Source: an uncultured bacterium
Lineage (GTDB): Bacteria > Acidobacteriota > Aminicenantia > UBA2199
Direction: 5' to 3'
Assembly: GCA_965603365.1 (NCBI GenBank)
Contig: CBFDCR010000014.1
Span: 14,183 to 78,182 of the forward strand
Length of the DNA stretch: 64,000 nt
Shown: in pieces, positions 17,469-26,588 of the stretch
Layout: every line of letters starts with the position of its first letter
How positions within the stretch are numbered: position 1 is the stretch's first letter
Position numbers and translations under genes: made by a program
The notes under the pieces: model-generated
What the model saw: the letters and a program-made list of their open reading frames with translations, nothing else
Databases searched by the model: none
What the model was told of the DNA's origin: nothing

Positions 17469-18563
17469 ATGAAAAAGATTCTCTCAACTCTTATTTTAAC
17501 GGTCCTGGTTTTCTGCACGGTCGGCTACGCCGGTTCGCCCGATCCCGATTGGCCGGACGCCCTGCATGGGGAAGGGGAATTCATGATCTTTTTGCACAAC
17601 GATTTAAGGTCCAGTTTATACAAAGTGGTGGTCACCATTAAAAAATTGAGCGGCACTACCCTCTATACCGGTTCCACCTATAAAGAGGTAAACGATATCT
17701 ACCTATTGGACTATCCCTTCTCCTGCACCGATTATTTAACGGAAGAGACCATTACCTTTACCCGGGATTCATACTACATCCAGAACCATTCCCAGTTGAA
17801 TCGATACGACTATGAAGCCGGCCATATCGGCCACTCCTACGATACGATTCTCCAATACGGCAGTTCCAGTAGACCGATTATGCTGGGTTATGGAACCTAC
17901 GAAATCAGCATGAAGTATTATGATTCCCCTTACAGTTACTCCAATCAGCGCTGGTATGTGGATTTGAAAGATCCCTACTACCCCTACGACACCCACGGCT
18001 TTCCCACCTATTACGACATTTGCCTGTGTGTCAATGAAGGCAACGGCAACGACTACAGTGCCAGCGCTTATCTGACCAACAAGAGTTGGAATGCCTGGAA
18101 ACTGATATATGGCGACACCACCGGCAGATTAACCGATGCTTTTTACGGCCTTAGAAGCCATCGATTGGAGGCACTGGGATTGGGGGCCAGTTCCTTCCAC
18201 CACGTACCGCTGTCGGTTTACGTGTCCGGGCCTTCGACCTTGATTGCCCGCTACTTATCCAGCCCCAGAAGCTTCGGTGAAAACCGTCCTAACGGTGGAG
18301 ATATCGATTTGCCGGCAGCCCATGCTCCCACCGCCACCGGAACGTACACCGCCAATCCCAGTTGCGGCACCCAGCAGTACACCTACCAATGGCACCTGAA
18401 AAAGCCGGGGTGGACCAACTGGATCTACCAGGGCAGCAGCAAGAGTGTTACCATCACCCAGACATCGGATTTTTATATCCGCTGCACCTGTACCTCAGGC
18501 ACCGAAACGGACACGGATACCAAATTCGTGGATGTGATTATCGACGACGATCCCCTACCTTAA
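17469..18563 (+). CDS. secreted Tyr-rich hypothetical protein
   Basis: ATG at 17469 after AAGGAGG. Signal peptide MKKILSTLILTVLVFCTVGYA. No family recognised; the C-terminal ~90 aa look Ig-like (YTYQWHL...). Confidence 0.7.
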   Translation: MKKILSTLILTVLVFCTVGYAGSPDPDWPDALHGEGEFMIFLHNDLRSSLYKVVVTIKKLSGTTLYTGSTYKEVNDIYLLDYPFSCTDYLTEETITFTRDSYYIQNHSQLNRYDYEAGHIGHSYDTILQYGSSSRPIMLGYGTYEISMKYYDSPYSYSNQRWYVDLKDPYYPYDTHGFPTYYDICLCVNEGNGNDYSASAYLTNKSWNAWKLIYGDTTGRLTDAFYGLRSHRLEALGLGASSFHHVPLSVYVSGPSTLIARYLSSPRSFGENRPNGGDIDLPAAHAPTATGTYTANPSCGTQQYTYQWHLKKPGWTNWIYQGSSKSVTITQTSDFYIRCTCTSGTETDTDTKFVDVIIDDDPLP

Positions 18564-18569
18564 AAAAGA

Positions 18570-18639
18570 TCCGGCAAACATGCCGTGGGCCCGGATGGTC
18601 CGCTCGTCAGCGTTTAGAGGGACGGGCATGTTTGCCGGA
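18570..18639 (-). terminator. long hairpin between convergent genes
   Basis: TCCGGCAAACATGCCGT (18570-18586) pairs with ACGGGCATGTTTGCCGGA (18622-18639). On the minus strand it is followed by TCTTTTTT. Confidence 0.5.
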
Positions 18640-18677
18640 ATCTGTTAATCGTTACCTATGTATGGGTCATATGGGTT

Positions 18678-20465
18678 TCATGTTGAACTTTTGTGCTCCA
18701 GTTTGGTTTTCAATTCCTGGCGTATCTGTTGGAGTTTTTTGAGTTTATCCTGCTCTTCTTGAGTGCGTTCTCCCTCTTTGGCCTCCAGGTCCTCAATCAT
18801 AACCATTACCTGCTGCAACTTCTTCTCCAATTCCATCCTCTTCTGCTTCTTGAACTCTTCAATCTGCAGCTTCTGCTCCTCCTTCTGTTTTTGCTTCTCC
18901 TTCTGGTATGTTATTTGCTCCTGCTTATACTTCTCTTCCTGTTTTGCCTTCAAAACTGCTTCCAACTTCGCCAGCATCTCTTCCTTCTTTTTGGCCACAG
19001 TCAGCAGTTCCGCCAATTTCTTCTCTCTATCCTCCTCGGGGATCTCATTCTTACCCTCTTTGGACAGGGCCCCGATCTTCTGCTTTAGTACAACCAGCTC
19101 CTTTTTGGCATTTTCTATTTTGTAGCGGATGTCCGGCTCTTTGGCCTTGACCTTCATTTTGGCCCGGCAATTGTCGGTAAAATAGAGCAGGTAATTCCCG
19201 GGTCCCAGTTGCAAATTCGTCTTGACGGCCAGTTCTTTGCCTTTGATCTTATCCTCAAACTTCCACAGTATTTTGCCTGTGTCCGGCTCCTCAATCCAGA
19301 ATTTAACCGGGTCCCCTTCCTTACCCGCTGCCCGCAGTTCTAATAAAATCTTCTGGGCAGACTTCAATTCCACCTTTTTGGAAGAGATACCCTCGGCCGG
19401 TTGAACCTCATCGGCCGCCTCATCCAGATAATAGCCCAAAATGCCGGTCGTACCGGCGCTCAACCCAAATGCAATACATAATAAACCCAATACACAGGCA
19501 ACAACCAATCCTTGTACGGATGTTGTGCCTTTGTTTTTCATCTTTGTTATCCTCCTTATACGATGAAATAATTTATGATCATTTCTGGCCAGATTCATGG
19601 CGAAACCGGGCTGGGCAAATCCCCAGCCGTGAATATTGGTAAGGGCCCGGGCAAAACTCCGCGAATTGCCCATGGTGACCACCGCCATATCGTCGCAGCA
19701 GTGCTCCCGCTCGTGACGCACAAACGAGGAGATCCAGTGGACCGCCGGATGATAGAAGAAGACAATATCGACGACGCTCTGGAAGATGTTGACCAGGTAA
19801 TCGCGGCGGGCAATATGGGCCAACTCATGGGCCAGTAAGGCCTCCACCTGGTCCTGGGGTAAGCCGGTCAACAGTCCCATTGGCACAAAGACAATCGGTT
19901 TTAGATAGCCGATGGTCATGGGCAGCCGGGCAATGGCCGACTCCTTGAGCAGCACCGCCTTTTTCAGGTTGATCTTCCGGCCCAGGGTTTTCAGGCGCGC
20001 CTGCCAGTATGGCGGCGCTTCGGTCGTGTGCTTCGCTTTAATGCGGGCGTTCACCAAAAATCCCCCGGCCAGGCGCAGAACCAGCAGGAGTACCCCCAAC
20101 AGCCAGACACCGACAATCAACGGCATATGCCGGTTAAAGTATTCCTGTAAGACGTTCAATAAGGATACTCCTTCTTGACCGACCGCGGCAGCGGCAGTCA
20201 CCGCTTTGTCCGATTTGGCCGCGGCCGTCAGCCCCGAAGAGTAAGAGTTGTAGGCACTGACAAAGGTAGCGGCAGCCATCACCACAACCAGGAGTAATGT
20301 TAAAATTCCCGTATAATAGCGCAGCCGGGAACTGCTCTTTCTTAAGAACAGCATCAACGCGAAAAACAGGCCAGCCGCCAGGGTCGCCTGCCACAACGAG
20401 TGTACAATCGTCCAGCCCAACGAGTGGGTCACCTGTTCCGCTACGATATCATTCAGCAGAAACAT
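18678..20465 (-). CDS. M56-family (BlaR1/MecR1-like) membrane metalloprotease sensor with Lys/Glu-rich coiled-coil tail
   Basis: HELAHIARRDY zinc motif and N-terminal TM helices. No penicillin-binding sensor domain. The C-terminal ~150 aa are K/E/Q-rich. Overlaps blaI-like by 17 nt. Confidence 0.85.
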   Translation of the reverse strand: MFLLNDIVAEQVTHSLGWTIVHSLWQATLAAGLFFALMLFLRKSSSRLRYYTGILTLLLVVVMAAATFVSAYNSYSSGLTAAAKSDKAVTAAAAVGQEGVSLLNVLQEYFNRHMPLIVGVWLLGVLLLVLRLAGGFLVNARIKAKHTTEAPPYWQARLKTLGRKINLKKAVLLKESAIARLPMTIGYLKPIVFVPMGLLTGLPQDQVEALLAHELAHIARRDYLVNIFQSVVDIVFFYHPAVHWISSFVRHEREHCCDDMAVVTMGNSRSFARALTNIHGWGFAQPGFAMNLARNDHKLFHRIRRITKMKNKGTTSVQGLVVACVLGLLCIAFGLSAGTTGILGYYLDEAADEVQPAEGISSKKVELKSAQKILLELRAAGKEGDPVKFWIEEPDTGKILWKFEDKIKGKELAVKTNLQLGPGNYLLYFTDNCRAKMKVKAKEPDIRYKIENAKKELVVLKQKIGALSKEGKNEIPEEDREKKLAELLTVAKKKEEMLAKLEAVLKAKQEEKYKQEQITYQKEKQKQKEEQKLQIEEFKKQKRMELEKKLQQVMVMIEDLEAKEGERTQEEQDKLKKLQQIRQELKTKLEHKSST

Positions 20466-20850
20466 GGTCTTCCTCCTCCAATTGATCTAAAAACGCCCTG
20501 ATCCGGGCGATCTCTTCCCGGGAGGCCTGATGGTTTCCCAGGGCCTGCATGACCAACCTGGCGGCCGAGCCGCCGAATGCGCTCTCCAGGAATCGATTCA
20601 GGAGTATTTGTTGGGTCTCCCTCTCCTTTATGACGGGACTGTACAGATGGCTGCGCTGGCGTTCGTCTCGTCTCAGCAGCCCCTTATCGTGCATGATCTG
20701 CATCATCTTCAAGGTAGTGGTATAGCCCACCGGCCGTTTTTCGTTGAGCCTGTCGTTCACCAGGCGCACGGTGGCGGGACCGGATTGCCACAATACCTGT
20801 AAAATCTCCAGCTCCGCTTCCGTGGGCCGGGGAGTCTCTTTCTTCTTCAT
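20449..20850 (-). CDS. BlaI/MecI/CopY-family transcriptional repressor
   Basis: 133 aa. Winged-helix N-terminus (LEILQVLWQSGPATVRLVNDRL...YTTTLKMMQIMHDKGLL). GGAGG 6 nt before the ATG. Confidence 0.85.
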   Translation of the reverse strand: MKKKETPRPTEAELEILQVLWQSGPATVRLVNDRLNEKRPVGYTTTLKMMQIMHDKGLLRRDERQRSHLYSPVIKERETQQILLNRFLESAFGGSAARLVMQALGNHQASREEIARIRAFLDQLEEEDHVSAE

Positions 20851-20867
20851 GCCGGGCCTCCTAAACC

Positions 20868-20955
20868 TACGAATGTTATCGTAATACGAATCATCTCGTA
20901 ATTAAATATACATCAAAAATCTTTTTTGTCAACTATTTATACGAATTTTTTCGTA
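20868..20955. promoter_or_regulatory. three TACGA-N6-TCGTA dyads bracketing the blaI-like promoter
   Basis: Dyads at 20868-20883, 20885-20900 and 20940-20955. Minus-strand promoter TTGACA (20927-20932), 16-nt spacer, TATATT (20905-20910) lies between them. Confidence 0.6.
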
Positions 20956-21114
20956 TTTCTTCCCCAAAAAAATTTTTTTCCCTCCCCACCGCCTCCCCAC
21001 CCACAGTGGGCCGCCATTTACCACCCCAAAAACAAGACAAACAACTTGACACAAAGTCACAAAGTCTTGCACCGTGCAGTTTTGGGACAGATCTATATAT
21101 GGTTGACAAAATAG

Positions 21115-21143
21115 TTGCAAAACATAGTCATTTAGACTATAAT
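21115..21143 (+). promoter_or_regulatory. sigma70-type promoter of phd-vapC
   Basis: TTGCAA (21115-21120), 17-nt spacer, TATAAT (21138-21143). GGAGG at 21151 and ATG at 21161. Confidence 0.6.
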
Positions 21144-21160
21144 TTTCCCTGGAGGTTAAA

Positions 21161-21436
21161 ATGAATGGCTCGGTTACGATTACATTAACTGAAGCAAAAG
21201 CAAAATTCTCAGAACTTATTAACCGGATTATCTATAATAAAGAGAAGATCTATATTTCAAAGAAGGGAAAGAATGTTGCAGCTCTCGTCCCCCTGGAAGA
21301 GGTGGAAGAACACAAAGAAGAAGGATTAATACTGGCCAAACAGGGATTAGCAGACCTGGGTGATGAGATCGATATGATGGAAAAATGTATCTTTGAAGCA
21401 AGGGAAAAGGAAATAAGCAGGGAGGTAGACATTTAA
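21161..21436 (+). CDS. Phd/YefM-family antitoxin
   Basis: VTITLTEAKAKFSELINRI...GKNVAALVP pattern. The stop overlaps the toxin start. Confidence 0.8.
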   Translation: MNGSVTITLTEAKAKFSELINRIIYNKEKIYISKKGKNVAALVPLEEVEEHKEEGLILAKQGLADLGDEIDMMEKCIFEAREKEISREVDI

Positions 21437-21840
21437 TGTATTTGTTTGACACGGATATATTAAGCAATATAGTAAAACCACAACCATCAGGGCATTTGAT
21501 GAAAAAGCTTGAAGATTTACCCAAACGGTTTCAGTATACCACCTCGATTAGCATCGGCGAAATATATTATGGTGTCTATCGAGCACCCCATAAAATGCGC
21601 ATACTTGATTTCTACAAGAAAAATGTATTTCCCCATATTAACATATTATTTTTTGATGATGTTAGTGCTGAGATTTATGGGAAAACAAAGGCTTATTTGA
21701 ATAAAAAGGGAATTGGCTGCAGTGAACCCGATTTAAGAATTGCCAGTATTGCACTTCGACATAAATTAACCCTGGTAACCGGGAATACCAGGCATTTTAA
21801 AGTGATCCCCAAACTAAAAGTAGAAAATTGGATCAAATGA
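21436..21840 (+). CDS. PIN-domain VapC toxin
   Basis: MYLFDTDILS... acidic PIN residues and LVTGNTRHF near the C-terminus. 134 aa. Confidence 0.85.
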   Translation: MYLFDTDILSNIVKPQPSGHLMKKLEDLPKRFQYTTSISIGEIYYGVYRAPHKMRILDFYKKNVFPHINILFFDDVSAEIYGKTKAYLNKKGIGCSEPDLRIASIALRHKLTLVTGNTRHFKVIPKLKVENWIK

Positions 21841-22725
21841 CAGGTTCAATTAAAAAAAATAGAAAGACCATGAACACTCTTGAAGAGAAATCCCATCAGG
21901 CAAACATTACTTCGCACGTAAACAGCCTGCACCCTGACCGCAGCACACCGTTTGCACTGGCATCATTGGGCAACTGGCTGCACATCAAGCGGGTGTTTGG
22001 CGGTGTCGAGCCGGCCTTTAAGAAACGGGAGCGCTTTATCACCCTCGTCAGCGCCCTAATCACGCCGCTGCGCTGGTATGAACGCATCCGCTACGGCCAT
22101 CTCCTGGCTCAAACCACCATCACCCAACCCATTATCTTCATCCTGGGACACTGGCGCAGCGGTACGACGCGGCTATCAGGCAATGGCCCCACGATTCTCC
22201 CTGGTCTGGCCTGAGGTGCTGCAGCCGCTGATTGTCAAAAACCCGGCGCACACAGGGCGCATCAAGCTCATCCTGGATATGTTCCCCGAGGCCAAATTCA
22301 TCTACATCCAGCGCCACCCTTACCACACCTACCTCTCGATCTGCCATTTATACAGCATCCTGCTGCGCTATTTCAGACTGCAAGACATCCAGGAACACCA
22401 GATGAAAGCCCACATCCTGTTGTTTTATGAGGGTATTTTGAAACGCTATCTAAAGGAGCGCAGCCTGATTCCAGAGGGTAATCTTGTAGAAGTGCGCTTC
22501 GAGGACATGGAGCGCGACCCCTTCACCCTCTTGCAACATATCTAGACCGGCTGCAATTACCCGGGTTTGGCAGTGCGGCGGCAAAGTTCCGCGCCTACAT
22601 CACGGCCACTGCCGACTATCGCAAAAACAGCTACACATTGAGCGAACAGGATCGCCAATAGATCGACCGGCAGTGGGCATTTGCCTTCAATACCTGGAAC
22701 TACACCAGAAAAAAAACACAAAAAT
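21837..22725 (+). pseudogene. sulfotransferase-family gene, degraded
   Basis: PAPS-loop motif ILGHWRSGTT, then a frame change. The downstream motifs (VKNPAHTGRIKLILDMFPEAKFIYIQRHPY, VEVRFEDMERDP) sit too close to the PAPS loop, implying an internal deletion. A second frame change occurs near 22540, and there is an in-frame TAG within ...YTLSEQDRQ*IDRQWAFAFNTWNY. Confidence 0.75.
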
Positions 22726-22740
22726 AGATTGATGTCAGGA
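22712..22740. repeat. left copy of a ~29-nt direct repeat flanking the ATPase gene
   Basis: AAAAACACAAAAATAGATTGATGTCAGGA matches 24002-24030 at about 24 of 29 positions. Confidence 0.7.
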
Positions 22741-22845
22741 ATAAGAATATCTGCGATTATAGCTGAAAGAAACCAAACTTGCCTAATTTATATAAATTAG
22801 GGAGGTTTGGTTGCAATAATCATGGAAATATGGTAAATAGCCTTC

Positions 22846-23982
22846 ATGGAAAAATGGTATAATCGATTTTACCAGCAAAAACTTGCCGGGTTATTGAAAG
22901 CGGGAAAAGTCCTGCTGGTTTACGGCCCCAGGAGAGCAGGCAAAACCTCCTTAATTAAACATTTTCTCTCCAACTATGAGGGCAAATTCTATTCAGGTGT
23001 GGGCGAGGATATGGCACTGCGTGAAGTAATCCGTTCACAGGATGTGCGTCGAATCACCGGCGCGTTTCAGGGCTACCAACTGGTCGTCATCGATGAGGCC
23101 CAGAAAATTCCCGACATTTCCACCGGTTTAAAGATATTGGTGGATCATCTGCCCCGGCTGCAAATCATCGCCAGCGGTTCTTCATCCTTTAAATTGTCCA
23201 GCCAGTTGGGTGAACCACTGACCGGTCGCTATCGCTCCCTGTTTTTGTACCCCCTGGCAATGCTGGAACTGAATGAACAATTTGGGGGAATGGATATCCT
23301 GGAACGACTGGAAGAGTTTCTTGTTTTTGGCACCTACCCGGAGGCAATGCTGGCGGAAAACCACCTGGATAAGCAAGAGTTATTGGTCAATTTGAGGGAT
23401 TCATACCTGTTCAAAGATATATTGGAACTCGACAATATTCGCAATGCCGACAAGCTGTCCGACCTTCTCAAGCTGCTGGCATTTCAAATAGGCAAGGAAG
23501 TGTCCCTCAATGAACTGGGCAATACCCTCGGGCTTGCCAAACAGACCGTGGAGCGCTACCTGGAACTCCTGGAAAAAACATTTGTTATCCGCAAGGTGCG
23601 GGGATTCTCCAGGAATCTTCGTAAAGAGATCGCTAAAAGCTCCCGTTATTATTTTTTAGATAACGGTGTCCGCAATGCCTTGATTAATAATTTTAATGAT
23701 CTCTCTACCCGGGACGATACAGGCATGTTGTGGGAAAACTTTCTCTTTGTGGAGCGATTGAAAAAACGGCATTATTCAAGGATTTTTGCCAATGAATATT
23801 TCTGGCGCACCTATGACCAGCAAGAGATCGACCTGGTGGAAGAGAGGGAAGGCCAACTATGGGGTTATGAATTCAAGTGGGGCAAAAAACGGCCCAAAAT
23901 CCCCAAAGCCTGGCTCGAAACCTATGAAAATGCAACATTCGAATGTATCAATAAAGAGAATTTCCTTAATTTTATCACTTAA
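22846..23982 (+). CDS. AAA_14/DUF4143-type ATP-binding protein
   Basis: Walker A YGPRRAGKTSL, Walker B LVVIDEAQK, and a C-terminal DUF4143-like region (YYFLDNGVRNALI). Confidence 0.85.
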   Translation: MEKWYNRFYQQKLAGLLKAGKVLLVYGPRRAGKTSLIKHFLSNYEGKFYSGVGEDMALREVIRSQDVRRITGAFQGYQLVVIDEAQKIPDISTGLKILVDHLPRLQIIASGSSSFKLSSQLGEPLTGRYRSLFLYPLAMLELNEQFGGMDILERLEEFLVFGTYPEAMLAENHLDKQELLVNLRDSYLFKDILELDNIRNADKLSDLLKLLAFQIGKEVSLNELGNTLGLAKQTVERYLELLEKTFVIRKVRGFSRNLRKEIAKSSRYYFLDNGVRNALINNFNDLSTRDDTGMLWENFLFVERLKKRHYSRIFANEYFWRTYDQQEIDLVEEREGQLWGYEFKWGKKRPKIPKAWLETYENATFECINKENFLNFIT

Positions 23983-24001
23983 GAAAACGTGCTGAATGGG
24001 T

Positions 24002-24030
24002 AAAAACGGAAAAATAGATTGACGTCGGGG
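24002..24030. repeat. right copy of the flanking direct repeat
   Basis: AAAAACGGAAAAATAGATTGACGTCGGGG. See 22712-22740. Confidence 0.7.
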
Positions 24031-24143
24031 ACTCGATAGAGTGGATAAAGGGCAGGGGGAGAAGTCATGAAAAGGCGTACATGGGGGAATTGAAATGCGT
24101 ACGTATTTATGGTATGATAAATAAGAATAATAATGGAGGTCAC

Positions 24144-24377
24144 ATGAGAGTATCGGCCACTACATTAAGACAGAATCTTTACCAGATCCTGGATGAAGTG
24201 CTGGATAAGGGCATTCCGGTGGAGATCAAGCGAAAGGGCCAGATCCTTAAAATCGTACCGGAAAAGCCCAAAAGCAAACTGGACAACCTGGAGCCCCATG
24301 ATACAATTGTCGGAGACCCTGAAAGCATTATTACTATCGACTGGTACAAAGAGTGGCAAGAGGAGAAAAATCTATAA
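24144..24377 (+). CDS. Phd/YefM-like antitoxin
   Basis: GGAGGT 3 nt before the ATG at 24144. MRVSATTLRQNLYQILDEV... TAATG overlap with the PIN gene. Confidence 0.75.
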   Translation: MRVSATTLRQNLYQILDEVLDKGIPVEIKRKGQILKIVPEKPKSKLDNLEPHDTIVGDPESIITIDWYKEWQEEKNL

Positions 24378-24751
24378 TGTATTTTTTAGATACTCACGTT
24401 GTGGTGTGGTTGTACCAGAAATCCCTTAACCGGCTGTCGAAAAAGGCAATCCAATCCATCGATCATCATGATATCTTCATCTCTCCCATAGTATTACTTG
24501 AATTGGAATATCTCTTTGAAATCGGCAGAATAAAAGATAACATCGAGACTATCGTTCAATATCTAAAACCCAGGGTCGGTTTAAAAATAGACAATGAATA
24601 TTTCCAGGAAATCATCAACGTTGCTGTAAAAGAGAGCTGGACCCGTGATCCCTTCGACCGCCTCATCGTAGCCCACGCCAGATACAAAGACGCCTACTTG
24701 ATCTCTAAAGACGAAAACATTGCCAAAAATTACGCCAAAACCATCTCTTGA
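24377..24751 (+). CDS. PIN-domain toxin
   Basis: MYFLDTHVVVWLY... and DPFDRLIVAHA motifs. About 124 aa from the ATG at 24377. Confidence 0.8.
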   Translation: MYFLDTHVVVWLYQKSLNRLSKKAIQSIDHHDIFISPIVLLELEYLFEIGRIKDNIETIVQYLKPRVGLKIDNEYFQEIINVAVKESWTRDPFDRLIVAHARYKDAYLISKDENIAKNYAKTIS

Positions 24752-24785
24752 TGATGGGAACGAGAGTATCAGATTGTCGGGGCGG

Positions 24786-26588
24786 TCAGGTGGGAGGGGT
24801 GAAGGGGCGGGCCAGGCGCATCTCGCAGAGGGCAGTGGGATAGGCCAGGCCGAAGTTGTTCAGCACCTGGGGGTGGATCTCTCCCAGCCGGGCCCACAAA
24901 TCGTCCTGGATGGCGACCTCGGCGCAGCGGCCGTCGATAAAGGTGGGATGTTCGGCGCTGCGGTACTCGGCCAAAAGACCCAACTCTCTTAACACCGAAT
25001 CCAGGACCGCCCGGACTTCGGCATAGCCGGTCTCCGGCCCGATCACGGCGAACGCCAGGTGGCGGTACTCATCGACCCCGGTCTCGGCCCCGGGATTGAG
25101 AAAGGTGACGGGCCCGATCTCGAAGATTTTCTGGGGAAGCGCTTTTTTCTTATTCTTTACAAAGGTCTCCATGATACCCGTCATCAGATGGGACCTCAGT
25201 ACCCGCTGGTTGACGGTCTTGGGATTATCTACGCGAACATAAGATGGGTCCACTTCCATTCCCAGCCGGTTGTAGTGGCTCTCTTCGGACTGCAGGTTCA
25301 GGCTCATGATCTCGGTAAATCCCATGCCTGTCATGATACTGCGTACCGTGTTGGCGATCCGTTCTTCGGGCCGTTCCCGGCCCACGGTCATGGTGGGCAC
25401 CAGCTCCATCTGCACCCTGTCCACGCCGTAACCGATAAGCACATCCTCGAAGATATCCACCTCGTGGCGGATATCACTGCGAAACGCAGGATAGTGAACA
25501 GTGAATGTATCGTCGTCGTGCCCGGCGGGGACAGCATCCAGGCGCATCTTCTCCAGGCAGTGAACAAATTCGCCGCGGTCGAGTCGGATGCCCAGCCACT
25601 TCAATGCCCCGCGGAAACTGACCGCGATCTGTCGCGCCGTCAGATCCGGGGTGGCCAGGGAGCGGTCGGGGTAGTTGATCTGAACGGTTTCCAATTTGCC
25701 GCCCAGGTCGGCGACGGAACAGGCCAGGATGTCGAGGGCATCGGACACGGCATGTGTGCCGGTGCCGGTCACATCGATAAAGAGGCGGCTGGTACCGAGT
25801 CGGCACCTGGTCTCATGGCTGTTGATGATGGGGGGCATGGACAGGGTCAAACCGCCGGCATCGATCAGCAAGGGATAACGGGGCAGTGTTTCCAACAAAT
25901 GGGCATAGGCCATTCCTTTGGGGTGCTGGGTTAAAATCTCCGCCGGGGTCATGTCTACATCCGGCATGGTGAGGGGATGAAATGCCAAACCGGTGGGTTC
26001 CACACTCTTATACACAATGGGGGGCGTCAGGCTGTCCAGGTCGTAAATACCGATGGAGGCCAATTTACGGTCACGGCCCACCCCCCAATGGAGATTTTCC
26101 TGGAGTTTCATCAACTCCCGCAGCACGGTATGGTCCAGGGGGGGGAGTTCGGCCGCGGCACATACGATATAAGGGCGAATCTCTATAACCGACGGGTCCA
26201 CGTTGACCTGGATACCGCTCTCTCGGCAGGCATAGACCGGCAGGCCTGTTTCGACTTCCAGGTAACCTCTCAACGCCCTGGACAGGCCGGCCACGTCGAA
26301 AAGGTCGGGCCGGTCGGCCAACAGGTCGATGCGGATCACCGAATCGGCCGCGAACTTCTCAAATCCTTCTTCGGTCTCATGGCCGCAGAAGGTGCAGCGG
26401 TTGGCCGGTTCTTCGCCGGCCAATTTATCGTTTAAGGCCTCACACGCGGGGCAGCGGTACAGGCTGATGTCGGCTGCCTCTTCCACATCGCAGCCCAATT
26501 GTCTCACCGATTCCACGATCTCTGTCAGGGGACGGTCTTCGCCCAACAGGCGGTTCAATTGTTTTACGCTGTAATTGACTATTGGCAT
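24786..26588 (-). CDS. pheT: phenylalanine--tRNA ligase beta subunit, short archaeal/eukaryote-type
   Basis: 600 aa. MPIVNYSVKQLNRLLG start, Cys4 ribbon insert (CPACE...CTFCGH), B3_4/B5-like middle. No N-terminal tRNA-binding domain and no C-terminal FDX-ACB domain. Overlaps pheS by 10 nt. Confidence 0.85.
   Translation of the reverse strand: MPIVNYSVKQLNRLLGEDRPLTEIVESVRQLGCDVEEAADISLYRCPACEALNDKLAGEEPANRCTFCGHETEEGFEKFAADSVIRIDLLADRPDLFDVAGLSRALRGYLEVETGLPVYACRESGIQVNVDPSVIEIRPYIVCAAAELPPLDHTVLRELMKLQENLHWGVGRDRKLASIGIYDLDSLTPPIVYKSVEPTGLAFHPLTMPDVDMTPAEILTQHPKGMAYAHLLETLPRYPLLIDAGGLTLSMPPIINSHETRCRLGTSRLFIDVTGTGTHAVSDALDILACSVADLGGKLETVQINYPDRSLATPDLTARQIAVSFRGALKWLGIRLDRGEFVHCLEKMRLDAVPAGHDDDTFTVHYPAFRSDIRHEVDIFEDVLIGYGVDRVQMELVPTMTVGRERPEERIANTVRSIMTGMGFTEIMSLNLQSEESHYNRLGMEVDPSYVRVDNPKTVNQRVLRSHLMTGIMETFVKNKKKALPQKIFEIGPVTFLNPGAETGVDEYRHLAFAVIGPETGYAEVRAVLDSVLRELGLLAEYRSAEHPTFIDGRCAEVAIQDDLWARLGEIHPQVLNNFGLAYPTALCEMRLARPFTPPT

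Noticed and set aside
18693-19150. Three plus-strand Leu/Phe/Ser-rich ORFs
   Set aside because: They are antisense to the K/E-rich coiled-coil tail of the BlaR1-like gene, because AAG/GAA codons read as CTT/TTC.
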